Shown here: positions 28,932 to 38,753 of the stretch, piece by piece
Position numbering within the stretch: the stretch's first letter is position 1
How the letters are laid out: the number at the start of each line of letters is the position of its first letter
Sequence record: MZ833439.1
Direction: 5' to 3' (one strand)
DNA length: 38,824 nt
Origin: Enterobacteria phage AH67C600_Q5
The notes under the pieces: generated by a model
Databases searched by the model: none
What the model saw: the letters and a program-made list of their open reading frames with translations, nothing else
What the model was told of the DNA's origin: nothing
Program-made: the position numbers and the translations under genes

Positions 28932-31900
28932 ATGGATAAGTACGATAAGAACGTACCAAGTGATTATGATGGTCTGTTCCAAAAGGCGGCTGATGCCAAC
29001 GGGGTCTCTTATGACCTTTTACGTAAAGTCGCTTGGACGGAATCACGCTTTGTACCCACAGCAAAATCTAAGACTGGACCATTAGGTATGATGCAGTTCA
29101 CCAAGGCAACCGCTAAGGCCCTTGGTCTGCGAGTTACCGATGGTCCAGATGATGACCGACTGAACCCTGAGTTAGCTATCAACGCTGCTGCTAAGCACCT
29201 TGCAGGTCTGGTTGGTAAATTCGATGGTGATGAACTCAAAGCTGCTCTTGCATATAACCAAGGCGAGGGACGCTTGGGTAATCCTCAACTTGAGGCGTAC
29301 TCCAAGGGAGACTTCGCGTCCATCTCTGAGGAGGGGCGTAATTACATGCGTAGCCTTCTGGATGTTGCTAAGTCACCTATGGCTGGACAGTTGGAAACTT
29401 TTGGAGGTATCACCCCAAAGGGTAAAGGCATTCCGGCTGAGGTAGGATTGGCTGGAATTGGTCATAAGCAGAAGGTGACACAGGAACTACCTGAGTCCAC
29501 AAGTTTTGACGTTAAGGGTATCGAACAGGAGGCTCCGGCGAAACCATTCGCCAAGGACTTTTGGGAGACCCACGGAGAAACGCTTGACGAATACAACAGT
29601 CGTTCAACCTTCTTCGGATTCAAAAATGCTGCCGAAGCTGAACTCTCCAACTCAGTCGCTGGGATGGCTTTCCGTGCTGGTCGTCTCGATAATGGTTTTG
29701 ACGTGTTTAAAGACACCATTACGCCGACTCGCTGGAACTCTCACATCTGGACTCCAGAAGAGTTAGAGAAGATTAGAACAGAGGTTAAGAACCCTGCGTA
29801 CATCAACGTGGTAACTGGTGGTTCTCCTGAGAATCTTGATGACCTCATTAAGCTGGCTAACGAGAACTTTGAGAATGACTCCCGCGCTGCCGAAGCTGGC
29901 CTAGGTGCAAAACTGAGTGCTGGAGTTATTGGTGCTGGCGTGGACCCACTCAGTTATGTTCCTATGGTCGGTGTGACTGGTAAGGGCTTTAAGTTAGTCA
30001 ATAAGGCTCTTGTAGTCGGTGCAGAGAGTGCTGCGCTGAACGTTGCATCCGAAGGTCTACGTACATCCGTAGCTGGCGGTGACGCTCACTACTCAGAGGC
30101 TGCTTTAAGTGGCTTTTTGTTTGGTGCTGGTATGTCCGCAATCAGTGACGCTGTAGCTGCTGGACTGAAACGTAGTAAGCCAGAAGTTGAGTTCGATAAT
30201 GAGTTCATCGGTCCTATGATGCGAATGGAAGCCCGTGAGACAGCACGTAACGCCAACTCTGCGGACCTCTCTCGGATGAACACTGAGAACATGAAGTTTG
30301 AAGGTGAGCATAATGGTATTCCGTATGCGGACTTACCGACCGAGAAAGGTGCTGTGGTGTTACATGATGGCTCCGTTATAAGCGCAAGCAACCCAACCAA
30401 CCCTAAGACTCTAAAAGAGTTCTCTGAGGTTGACCCTGAGAAGGCTGCGCGAGGAATCAAACTTGCTGGGTTCACCGAGATAGGCTTGAAGACCTTGGGG
30501 TCTGATGATGCTGACATCCGTAGAGTGGCTATCGACTTAGTTCGCTCACCTACTGGTATGCAGTCTGGTGCCTCAGGTAAGTTCGGTGCAACAGCTTCTG
30601 ACATCCACGAGAGACTTCACGGTACTGACCAGCGTACTTACAATGACCTGTACAAAGCAATGTCTGACGCGATGAAAGACCCTGAGTTCTCTACTGGTGG
30701 TGCTAAGATGTCTCGCGAAGAGGCACGATACACTATCTATCGTAGAGCGGCATTGGCTATTGAGCGTCCAGAGTTGCAGAGCGCACTCACTCGGTCTGAG
30801 AGAACCGTTATGGACATCATTAAGCGTCACTTTGACACCAAGCGTGAACTTATGGAGAACCCAGCAATCTTCGGTAATACGAAGGCTGTTAGTATCTTCC
30901 CTGAGAGTCGCCACAAAGGGACTTACGTTCCTCATGTATACGACCGACACGCTAAGGCGGTGATGATTCAACGCTACGGTGCCGAAGGTTTACAGGAAGG
31001 GGTTGCTCGCTCATGGATGAACAGCTACGTCTCCAGACCTGAGGTCAAGGCACGAGTTGATGAGATGCTTAAGGAATTACATGGGGTGAAGGAAGTAACG
31101 CCAGAGATGGTAGAGAAGTACGCTATGGATAAGGCTTACGGTATCTCTCATTCCGACCAGTTCACCAACAGTTCCATAATCGAAGAGAACATTGAGGGCT
31201 TAGTAGGTATCGAGAACAACTCGTTCCTTGAGGCACGTAACTTGTTCGATTCGGACTTATCCATCACTATGCCAGACGGACAGCAATTCTCAGTGAACGA
31301 CCTAAGGGACTTCGATATGTTCCACATCATGCCAGCGTATGACCGCCGCGTCAATGGTGACATCGCCATCATGGGGTCAACTGGTAAAACCACTAAGGAA
31401 CTTAAGGACGAGATTTTGGCTCTCAAAGCTAAAGCTGAGGGAGACGGTAAGAAGACTGGCGAGGTTCATGCTCTTATGGATACCGTTAAGATTCTTACTG
31501 GACGTGCTCGACGCAATCAGGATACTGTGTGGGAAACCTCGATGCGAGCTATCAATGACCTAGGGTTCTTCGCTAAGAACGCCTATATGGGTGCTCAGAA
31601 CCTTACTGAGATTGCTGGGATGTTTGCCACAGGTAACGTGCGTGCTCTCGGTCACGGTATCCCAATTCTGCGAGATACACTCTACAAGTCTAAACCAGTT
31701 TCCGCTAAGGAACTCAAGGAACTCCATGCGTCTCTGTTCGGGAAGGAGGTGGACCAGTTGATTCGACCTAAACGTGCTGACATAGTACAGCGACTAAGGG
31801 AAGCGACTGATACCGGACCTGCTGTGGCGAACATCGTAGGGACCTTGAAGTATTCCACGCAGGAACTGGCTGCTCGCTCTCCGTGGACTAAGGTGCTGAA

Positions 31901-32906
31901 TGGAACCACTAACTACCTTCTGGATGCTGCGCGTCAAGGTATGCTTGGTGACGTTATTAGTGCCACCCTAACAGGTAAGACTACCCGCTGGGAGAAAGAG
32001 GGATTCCTTCGGGGTGCCTCCATAACTCCTGAGCAGATGGCTGGTATCAAGTCTCTAATCAAGGAACACATGGTCCGTGGTGAGGACGGGAAGTTTACCG
32101 TTAAGGACAAGCAAGCGTTCTCTATGGACCCGCGTGCTATGGACTTATGGCGACTGGCTGACAAGGTAGCTGATGAGGCGATGCTGCGTCCGCATAAGGT
32201 GTCCTTACAGGATTCCCATGCGTTCGGAGCATTAGGTAAGATGGTGATGCAGTTTAAGTCTTTCACCATTAAATCCCTTAACTCTAAGTTCATTCGAACC
32301 TTCTACGATGGATACAAGAACAACCGAGCGATTGACGCTGCGCTGACTAGTATCATCTCTATGGGTCTCGCTGGTGGTTACTACGCTATGGCTGCACACG
32401 TCAAAGCGTATGGGATGCCTAAGGAGCAACGTAAAGAATACTTGGAGCGAGCACTGGACCCAACCATGATTGCCCACGCTTCGTTGTCTCGTAGTTCTCA
32501 ATTAGGTGCTCCTTTGGCTATGGCTGACCTAGTTGGTGGTATCTTAGGGGTAGAGTCCTCCAAGATGGTTCGCTCCACGATTCTACCTAAGGACACCATG
32601 AAGGAACGTGACCCAAACAAACCGTACACCTCTAGAGAGGTAATGGGAGCTATGGGTTCGAACCTTCTGGAGCAGATGCCTTCGGCTGGCTTTGTGGCTA
32701 ACGTTGGGGCCTCCCTAATGAACGCTGCTGGTGTGGTTAACTCACCTAACAAAGCAACCGAGCAGGACTTCATGACTGGCTTAATGAACTCTACCAAAGA
32801 GTTAGTGCCTAACGACCCTCTTACTCAACAGCTTGTGGTTAAGATTTATGAGGCCAACGGTGTTAACTTGAAGGAGCGTCGGAATGAAAGAATCTTCTCC
32901 CTGTAG
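28932..32906 (+). CDS. 16: Internal virion protein D with N-terminal lytic transglycosylase domain (gene 16)
   Basis: 1324-aa ORF; N-terminal transglycosylase-like region (TESRFVPTAKSKTGPLGMMQF); T7 gp16 homolog with a 6-aa longer C-terminus (NERIFSL*). Confidence 0.95.
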   Translation: MDKYDKNVPSDYDGLFQKAADANGVSYDLLRKVAWTESRFVPTAKSKTGPLGMMQFTKATAKALGLRVTDGPDDDRLNPELAINAAAKHLAGLVGKFDGDELKAALAYNQGEGRLGNPQLEAYSKGDFASISEEGRNYMRSLLDVAKSPMAGQLETFGGITPKGKGIPAEVGLAGIGHKQKVTQELPESTSFDVKGIEQEAPAKPFAKDFWETHGETLDEYNSRSTFFGFKNAAEAELSNSVAGMAFRAGRLDNGFDVFKDTITPTRWNSHIWTPEELEKIRTEVKNPAYINVVTGGSPENLDDLIKLANENFENDSRAAEAGLGAKLSAGVIGAGVDPLSYVPMVGVTGKGFKLVNKALVVGAESAALNVASEGLRTSVAGGDAHYSEAALSGFLFGAGMSAISDAVAAGLKRSKPEVEFDNEFIGPMMRMEARETARNANSADLSRMNTENMKFEGEHNGIPYADLPTEKGAVVLHDGSVISASNPTNPKTLKEFSEVDPEKAARGIKLAGFTEIGLKTLGSDDADIRRVAIDLVRSPTGMQSGASGKFGATASDIHERLHGTDQRTYNDLYKAMSDAMKDPEFSTGGAKMSREEARYTIYRRAALAIERPELQSALTRSERTVMDIIKRHFDTKRELMENPAIFGNTKAVSIFPESRHKGTYVPHVYDRHAKAVMIQRYGAEGLQEGVARSWMNSYVSRPEVKARVDEMLKELHGVKEVTPEMVEKYAMDKAYGISHSDQFTNSSIIEENIEGLVGIENNSFLEARNLFDSDLSITMPDGQQFSVNDLRDFDMFHIMPAYDRRVNGDIAIMGSTGKTTKELKDEILALKAKAEGDGKKTGEVHALMDTVKILTGRARRNQDTVWETSMRAINDLGFFAKNAYMGAQNLTEIAGMFATGNVRALGHGIPILRDTLYKSKPVSAKELKELHASLFGKEVDQLIRPKRADIVQRLREATDTGPAVANIVGTLKYSTQELAARSPWTKVLNGTTNYLLDAARQGMLGDVISATLTGKTTRWEKEGFLRGASITPEQMAGIKSLIKEHMVRGEDGKFTVKDKQAFSMDPRAMDLWRLADKVADEAMLRPHKVSLQDSHAFGALGKMVMQFKSFTIKSLNSKFIRTFYDGYKNNRAIDAALTSIISMGLAGGYYAMAAHVKAYGMPKEQRKEYLERALDPTMIAHASLSRSSQLGAPLAMADLVGGILGVESSKMVRSTILPKDTMKERDPNKPYTSREVMGAMGSNLLEQMPSAGFVANVGASLMNAAGVVNSPNKATEQDFMTGLMNSTKELVPNDPLTQQLVVKIYEANGVNLKERRNERIFSL

Positions 32907-32934
32907 TATCTTAGATTTACTTTAAGGAGGTCAA

Positions 32935-34611
32935 ATGGATAACGTAATTAAAACCGTTTTGACTTACCAGTTAGATGGCTCCACTCGTGATTTTAATATC
33001 CCGTTTGAGTATCTAGCCCGTAAGTTCGTAGTGGTAACTCTTATTGGTGTAGACCGTAAGGTCCTTACGCTTAATACAGACTATCGCTTTGCTACACGTA
33101 CTACCATCTCACTGACGAAGGCTTGGGGTCCAGCCGATGGCTACACGACCATCGAGTTACGCCGAGTAACCCCCACGACCGACCGCTTGGTTGACTTTAC
33201 GGACGGCTCAATCCTCCGTGCGTATGACCTTAACGTTGCTCAGATTCAAACGATGCACGTAGCGGAGGAGGCGCGTGACCTGACTGCGGATACCATCGGT
33301 GTCAATAATGATGGTCATTTGGATGCCCGTGGTCGTCGAATTGTGAACCTAGCGAACGCTGTAGATGCCCGTGACGCTGTTCCGTTTGGCCAACTTAAGA
33401 CCATGAACCAGAACTCGTGGCAGGCTCGTAATGAGGCACTACAGTTCCGCAATGAGGCTGAGACTTTCAGAAACCAAGCGGAGGGCTTTAAGAACGAGTC
33501 CAGCACCAACGCTACTAACACAAAGCACTGGCGAGATGAGGTTAATAGGTTCCGAGATGAAGCAGAGCAGTTCAAGAATACGGCTGGTCAATATGCGACA
33601 TCTGCTGGGAACTCTGCTACTGCTGCGCATCAATCTGAGGTAAACGCTGAGAACTCCGCTACAGCCTCCGCTAACTCTGCGCATTTGGCAGAACAACACG
33701 CAGACCGTGCGGAACGCGAAGCAGACAAGCTGGGGAATTTTAACGGACTAGCTGGCGCAATTGACAGGGTGGATGGAACCAATGTGTACTGGAAAGGAGG
33801 TATCCATGCGAACGGACGACTTTACCTTACCTCAGATGGTTTCGACTGTGGTCAGTATCAACAGTTCTTTGGCGGTTCTACTAGTCGTTACTCTGTCATG
33901 GAGTGGGGTGATGAGAACGGATGGCTGATGTATGTTCAACGTAGAGGGTGGACAACAGCGATAGGTGATAACATCCAGCTAGTAGTAAACGGACATATCA
34001 TCGCCCAAGGTGGAGAAATGACTGGTCCGCTGAAATTGCAGAATGGACATGCCCTTTACTTAGAGTCCGCATCCGACAAGGCGCAATATATTCTATCTAA
34101 AGATGGTAACAGAAACAACTGGTACATTGGTAGAGGATCAGATAACAACAATGACTGTACCTTCCACTCCTATGTGTATGGTACGAACTTAACACTCAAG
34201 CAGGACTATGCAGTAGTTAACAAACACTTCCACGTAGGTCAGGCCGTTGTGTCCACTGATGGTAATATTCAAGGTACTAAGTGGGGAGGTAAGGGGCTTG
34301 ATGTTTACCTAAACGATACTTACGTTAAGAAGACAATGGCTTGGACTCAAGTATGGGCTGCTGATAGTGGTAAGTACATGCCAGGAGGTTCTCAGACTGA
34401 TACTCTCCCACAGGACTTGCGATTCCGCAACATATGGATTAAGACCAGAAACAACTATTGGAACTTCTTCCGAACTGGTCCTGACGGTATCTACTACCTT
34501 TCAGCCGAGGGCGGTTGGCTAAAATTCCAGATACACTCTAATGGCAGGGTATTTAAGAACATAGCTGATAGAGATGCGCCTCCAACAGCAATAGCCGTAG
34601 AGGACGTGTAA
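32935..34611 (+). CDS. 17: Tail fiber protein (gene 17)
   Basis: 558-aa ORF; N-terminal 150 aa near-identical to T7 gp17 (MDNVIKTVLTYQLDGSTRDFNIPFEYLARKFVVVTLIG...), C-terminal tip diverged. Confidence 0.95.
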   Translation: MDNVIKTVLTYQLDGSTRDFNIPFEYLARKFVVVTLIGVDRKVLTLNTDYRFATRTTISLTKAWGPADGYTTIELRRVTPTTDRLVDFTDGSILRAYDLNVAQIQTMHVAEEARDLTADTIGVNNDGHLDARGRRIVNLANAVDARDAVPFGQLKTMNQNSWQARNEALQFRNEAETFRNQAEGFKNESSTNATNTKHWRDEVNRFRDEAEQFKNTAGQYATSAGNSATAAHQSEVNAENSATASANSAHLAEQHADRAEREADKLGNFNGLAGAIDRVDGTNVYWKGGIHANGRLYLTSDGFDCGQYQQFFGGSTSRYSVMEWGDENGWLMYVQRRGWTTAIGDNIQLVVNGHIIAQGGEMTGPLKLQNGHALYLESASDKAQYILSKDGNRNNWYIGRGSDNNNDCTFHSYVYGTNLTLKQDYAVVNKHFHVGQAVVSTDGNIQGTKWGGKGLDVYLNDTYVKKTMAWTQVWAADSGKYMPGGSQTDTLPQDLRFRNIWIKTRNNYWNFFRTGPDGIYYLSAEGGWLKFQIHSNGRVFKNIADRDAPPTAIAVEDV

Positions 34612-34669
34612 TGAGCATCAAAGGAACTACTTTAAGTCCACGGATGGACTATCACACTAAGGAGGACAC

Positions 34670-34873
34670 ATGTTGTCATTGGATTTTAACAACGAACTAA
34701 TTAAAGCGGCACCGATTGTAGGTACAGGTGTTGCAGATGTTAGTGCAAGACTGTTCTTCGGGCTAAGCCTGAATGAATGGTTCTATGTGGCTGCTATCGC
34801 CTACACAGTGGTTCAGATTGGTGCCAAGGTAGTCGATAAGATGATTGACTGGAAGAAAGCTAATAAGGAGTGA
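34670..34873 (+). CDS. 17.5: Class II holin (gene 17.5)
   Basis: 67-aa ORF with one hydrophobic stretch and charged C-terminus (MLSLDFNNELIKAAPIVGTGVADVSARLFFGLSLNEWFYVAAIAYTVVQIGAK...). Confidence 0.9.
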   Translation: MLSLDFNNELIKAAPIVGTGVADVSARLFFGLSLNEWFYVAAIAYTVVQIGAKVVDKMIDWKKANKE

Positions 34874-34878
34874 TGTGT

Positions 34879-35148
34879 ATGGAAAAAGATAAGAGCCTTA
34901 TCACGTTCTTAGAGATGTTGGACACTGAGATGGCTCAGCGTATGCTTGCGGACCTTTCGGACCCTGAGCGTCGTTCTCCGCAACTCTATAACGCCATCAA
35001 CAAACTGTTAGACCGCCACAAGTTCCAGATTGGTAAGTTGCAGCCGGATGTTCACATCTTGGGTGGCCTTGCTGGTGCTCTTGAAGAGTACAAAGAGAAA
35101 GTCGGTGAGAACGGTCTTACGGATGATGATATTTACACTTTACAGTGA
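34879..35148 (+). CDS. 18: Terminase small subunit / DNA maturation protein A (gene 18)
   Basis: 89 aa from ATG 34879 (MEKDKSLITFLEMLDTEMAQRMLADLSDPERRSPQLYNAINKLL...). Confidence 0.9.
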   Translation: MEKDKSLITFLEMLDTEMAQRMLADLSDPERRSPQLYNAINKLLDRHKFQIGKLQPDVHILGGLAGALEEYKEKVGENGLTDDDIYTLQ

Positions 35149-35195
35149 TATACTCAAGGCCACTACCTATAGTGGTCTTTATGGATGTCATTGTC
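35149..35195 (+). promoter_or_regulatory. RNase III processing hairpin (R18.5-like)
   Basis: tatactcaaggccactacctatagtggtctttatgga stem-loop signature. Confidence 0.65.
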
Positions 35196-35242
35196 TACAC
35201 GAGATGCTCCTACGTGAAATCTGAAAGTTAACGGGAGGCATT

Positions 35243-35686
35243 ATGCTGGAATTTTTACGTAAGCTGGTCCCTTGGGTTCTCGCTGGGATGCTATTCGGAT
35301 GGGGATGGCAACTTGGGGCAGACTCAATGGACGCCAAGTGGAAACAGGAGGTACAGAATGAGTACGTTAAGAGAGTTGAGGCTACAGCGAGCACTCAAAG
35401 AGCACTCAATGAAATATCGGCTAAGTATCAAGAAGACCTTGCCGCGCTGGAAGGGAGCACTGATAGGATTATTTCTGATTTGCGTAGCGACAATAAGCGG
35501 TTGCTCGTCAGAGTCAAAACTACCGGAACCTCCGATGGTGAGTGTGGATTCGAGCCTGATGGTCGAGCCGAACTTGACGACCGAGATGCTAAACGTATTC
35601 TCGCAGTGACCCAAAAGGGTGACGCTTGGATTCGTGCCCTACAGGACACTATACGAGAACTACAGCATAAGCAGGAGGTTAAGTAA
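35243..35686 (+). CDS. 18.5: i-spanin (Rz-like, gene 18.5)
   Basis: 147-aa ORF with N-terminal TM segment ([15 protein letters not shown]) and coiled-coil periplasmic domain. Confidence 0.88.
   Translation: MLEFLRKLVPWVLAGMLFGWGWQLGADSMDAKWKQEVQNEYVKRVEATASTQRALNEISAKYQEDLAALEGSTDRIISDLRSDNKRLLVRVKTTGTSDGECGFEPDGRAELDDRDAKRILAVTQKGDAWIRALQDTIRELQHKQEVK
35358..35609 (+). CDS. 18.7: o-spanin (Rz1-like, gene 18.7), embedded in the +1 frame of 18.5
   Basis: 83 aa from ATG 35358 with lipobox-like [13 protein letters not shown] and proline-rich segment; fully nested in gene 18.5. Confidence 0.75.
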   Translation: MSTLRELRLQRALKEHSMKYRLSIKKTLPRWKGALIGLFLICVATISGCSSESKLPEPPMVSVDSSLMVEPNLTTEMLNVFSQ

Positions 35687-37458
35687 TGAGGAAAGGTGTA
35701 TCCACTCAGTCCAATCGTAATGCGCTCGTTGTGGCGCAACTAAAGGGTGACTTCGTGGCGTTCCTGTTCGTCTTATGGAAGGCGTTAAACCTACCAGTGC
35801 CTACTAAGTGTCAAATTGACATGGCTAAGGTACTGGCGAATGGGGACAACAAGAAGTTCATCTTACAGGCTTTCCGTGGTATCGGTAAGTCATTCATCAC
35901 CTGTGCGTTCGTTGTGTGGTCCTTATGGAGGGACCCTCAGTTGAAGATACTTATCGTATCAGCTTCTAAAGAACGTGCAGACGCTAACTCCATCTTTATT
36001 AAGAACATCATTGACCTGCTACCGTTTCTCAGTGAGTTGAAGCCGAGACCCGGACAGCGTGACTCTGTGATTAGTTTTGATGTTGGTCCTGCTAGTCCTG
36101 ACCACTCGCCTAGTGTGAAATCAGTGGGTATCACTGGTCAGTTAACTGGTAGTCGTGCTGACATTATCATTGCGGATGACGTTGAGATTCCGTCTAACAG
36201 TGCTACTATGGGTGCCCGTGAGAAGCTATGGACTCTCGTTCAGGAGTTCGCTGCGTTACTTAAACCACTGCCTTCTTCTCGTGTTATCTATCTTGGTACA
36301 CCTCAAACTGAGATGACTCTCTATAAGGAACTTGAAGATAACCGTGGGTACACCACTATCATCTGGCCTGCTCTATACCCAAGGACACGCGAAGAGAACC
36401 TCTATTACTCACAGCGTCTTGCTCCTATGCTACGTGCTGAGTACGATGAGAACCCTGAGGCACTCGCTGGGACTCCTACGGACCCTGTGCGCTTCGACCG
36501 TGATGACCTCCGTGAGCGTGAGTTGGAATACGGTAAGGCTGGCTTCACACTACAGTTCATGCTTAACCCGAACCTGAGTGATGCCGAGAAGTACCCTCTG
36601 AGGCTCCGTGACGCTATCGTAGCGGCCTTAGACTTAGAGAAGGCACCAATGCATTACCAATGGCTTCCGAACCGTCAGAACATCATTGAGGACCTTCCTA
36701 ACGTGGGCCTTAAGGGTGACGACCTGCATACATACCATGAGTGCTCAAATAACTCTGGTCAGTATCAACAGAAGATTCTGGTCATTGACCCTAGTGGTCG
36801 CGGTAAGGATGAAACAGGTTACGCTGTACTGTACACCCTCAACGGTTATATCTACCTTATGGAAGCTGGAGGTTTCCGTGATGGCTACTCCGATAAGACT
36901 CTTGAGATGCTCGCTAAGAAAGCTAAGCAATGGGGAGTCCAGACGGTTGTCTACGAGAGTAACTTCGGTGATGGTATGTTTGGTAAGGTATTCAGTCCTA
37001 TCCTTCTTAAACACCACAACTGCGCGATGGAGGAGATTCGTGCTCGTGGTATGAAGGAGATGCGTATTTGTGATACCCTTGAGCCAGTCATGCAGACTCA
37101 CCGCCTTGTCATTCGAGATGAGGTCATTCGGGCAGACTATCAGTCCGCTCGTGACATAGACGGTAAGCATGACGTTAAGTATTCACTGTTCTACCAGATG
37201 ACTCGTATCACTCGTGAGAAAGGTGCTCTGGCCCACGATGACCGATTGGATGCCCTTGCGTTAGGCGTTGAGTATCTCCGTGAGTCCATGCAGTTGGATT
37301 CCGTTAAGGTCGAAGGTGAAGTGCTTGCTGACTTCCTTGAGGAACACATGATGCGTCCTACAGTTTCTGCTACCCACATCATTGAGATGTCTGTAGGAGG
37401 AGTTGATGTGTACTCTGAGGACGATGAAGGGTACGGTACGTCTTTCATTGAGTGGTGA
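35686..37458 (+). CDS. 19: Terminase large subunit / DNA maturation protein B (gene 19)
   Basis: 590-aa ORF; T7 gp19 homolog with ATPase and nuclease domains. Confidence 0.96.
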   Translation: MRKGVSTQSNRNALVVAQLKGDFVAFLFVLWKALNLPVPTKCQIDMAKVLANGDNKKFILQAFRGIGKSFITCAFVVWSLWRDPQLKILIVSASKERADANSIFIKNIIDLLPFLSELKPRPGQRDSVISFDVGPASPDHSPSVKSVGITGQLTGSRADIIIADDVEIPSNSATMGAREKLWTLVQEFAALLKPLPSSRVIYLGTPQTEMTLYKELEDNRGYTTIIWPALYPRTREENLYYSQRLAPMLRAEYDENPEALAGTPTDPVRFDRDDLRERELEYGKAGFTLQFMLNPNLSDAEKYPLRLRDAIVAALDLEKAPMHYQWLPNRQNIIEDLPNVGLKGDDLHTYHECSNNSGQYQQKILVIDPSGRGKDETGYAVLYTLNGYIYLMEAGGFRDGYSDKTLEMLAKKAKQWGVQTVVYESNFGDGMFGKVFSPILLKHHNCAMEEIRARGMKEMRICDTLEPVMQTHRLVIRDEVIRADYQSARDIDGKHDVKYSLFYQMTRITREKGALAHDDRLDALALGVEYLRESMQLDSVKVEGEVLADFLEEHMMRPTVSATHIIEMSVGGVDVYSEDDEGYGTSFIEW

Positions 37459-37495
37459 TTTATGAGGCCAAGGAAGGCCGCTTTAAGGAGGTAAT

Positions 37496-37939
37496 ATGAT
37501 AAGCAAGAAGAAGTATGTTATCGATAAGGAGACTGGTTGCTGGAACTTTAGGGGATGTAAGACGAAGACTGGTTATGGTCGCATTCGTGTGAACGGAGTC
37601 CATTGGATGGCCCACAGGTATTCCCTGAGTTGTCATCTAGGCAGACCGATAGCTGACGGAATGGTTGTGATGCACCTATGTGATAATCCTTCATGTGTTA
37701 ACCCTGAGCACCTTAAGGAAGGGACTCAGAAGGAGAACATAGAGGACTGCATCTCAAAAGGTCGTGCAACTAAGTCCACAGGTAAACGTGATGCAACTAA
37801 GAGAGACCCTAGCGAGGAACGTAAGGCTATAGTGATTCGAAGATACCATAAAGGCTGGACCGCAACGTCCATAGCGAGATACCATAAGCTCTCTGTGGCG
37901 TGGGTAAAGAGGGTCATTGAGGATTACCTAAGTGATTGA
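37496..37939 (+). CDS. HNH homing endonuclease between gene 19 and phiOR
   Basis: 147-aa ORF with RBS aaggagg; MHLCDNPSCVNPEHL motif and C-terminal HTH-like region; paralog of the 8665, 11759 and 18823 ORFs. Confidence 0.85.
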   Translation: MISKKKYVIDKETGCWNFRGCKTKTGYGRIRVNGVHWMAHRYSLSCHLGRPIADGMVVMHLCDNPSCVNPEHLKEGTQKENIEDCISKGRATKSTGKRDATKRDPSEERKAIVIRRYHKGWTATSIARYHKLSVAWVKRVIEDYLSD

Positions 37940-37990
37940 TATTTGAAATTAGTGATACAGGTCTAAGTATATGATTACAGACCATTATTC

Positions 37991-38013
37991 TAATTCGACT
38001 CACTATAGGGAGA
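37991..38013 (+). promoter_or_regulatory. T7-RNAP promoter phiOR-like (taattcgactcactatagggaga)
   Basis: Only remaining 23-mer with the full class III-type tatagggaga 3' half; carries T instead of A at -13. Confidence 0.8.
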
Positions 38014-38103
38014 AGCCTACCTAAAGATTACTATAAGACTTAAAGTTACCTATAAGGTAGGTTGTTATTATTGTTAATACAACCAACATAAAGGAGGAGA
38101 CTC

Positions 38104-38253
38104 ATGTTCCGCTTATTGTTGAACCTACTGCGGCATAGAGTCACCTATCGCTTTCTTGTGGTACTTTGTGCTGCCCTTGGGTACGCATCGCTTAACGGAG
38201 ACCTCAGTTCACTGGAGTCTACCGTTTGCTCTTTACTCACTTGTAGTGATTAA
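38104..38253 (+). CDS. 19.5: gp19.5 small membrane protein
   Basis: 49-codon ORF MFRLLLNLLRHRVTYRFLVVLCAALGYASLNGDLSSLESTVCSLLTCSD matching T7 gp19.5. Confidence 0.75.
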   Translation: MFRLLLNLLRHRVTYRFLVVLCAALGYASLNGDLSSLESTVCSLLTCSD

Positions 38254-38493
38254 GGTCTTACTGACCGACTGATGGCTCACCGAGGGATTCAGCGGTATGA
38301 TTGCATCACACCACTTCATCCCTATAGAGTCAAGTCCTAAGGTATACCCTATAAAGAGCCTCTAATGGTCTATCCTAAGGTCTATACCTAAAGATAGGCC
38401 ATCCTATCAGTGATGCCTAAAGAGTTGCTTAGAGAGGGCCTAAGGAGTCCCTAGAGGGTCCTTTAAAATATACCATAAAAATCTGAGTGACTA

Positions 38494-38657
38494 TCTCACA
38501 GTGTAAGCGCCCAAAGTTCCCCCCATAGGGGTACCCAAAGTCACTCCTTTGGAGTGCCGGACCTTGAGGTGGCCTTAAAGTGGGCCTTGAGGTGGACCGA
38601 AGGAGGGTCCTAGTGATACCGTGGGGAGTGTCTCCTTGTCCCTATCTGTTCAGCCTC
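38494..38657. repeat. Sequence corresponding to the direct terminal repeat of a T7-like linear genome (single collapsed copy); physical genome ends inferred here
   Basis: tctcacagtgta...ccctatctgtt resembles the T7 left-end terminal repeat, preceded by right-end-type sequence (ataccataaaaatctgagtgacta). Confidence 0.7.
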
Positions 38658-38753
38658 CTAAAGTCACCTCCTAAAGTCATTCTACCGTCTACAGCCTAAA
38701 GACTACACCTAAAGACCCATTCAGTCAATCCCTATCTTAAAGATAATCCTAAA

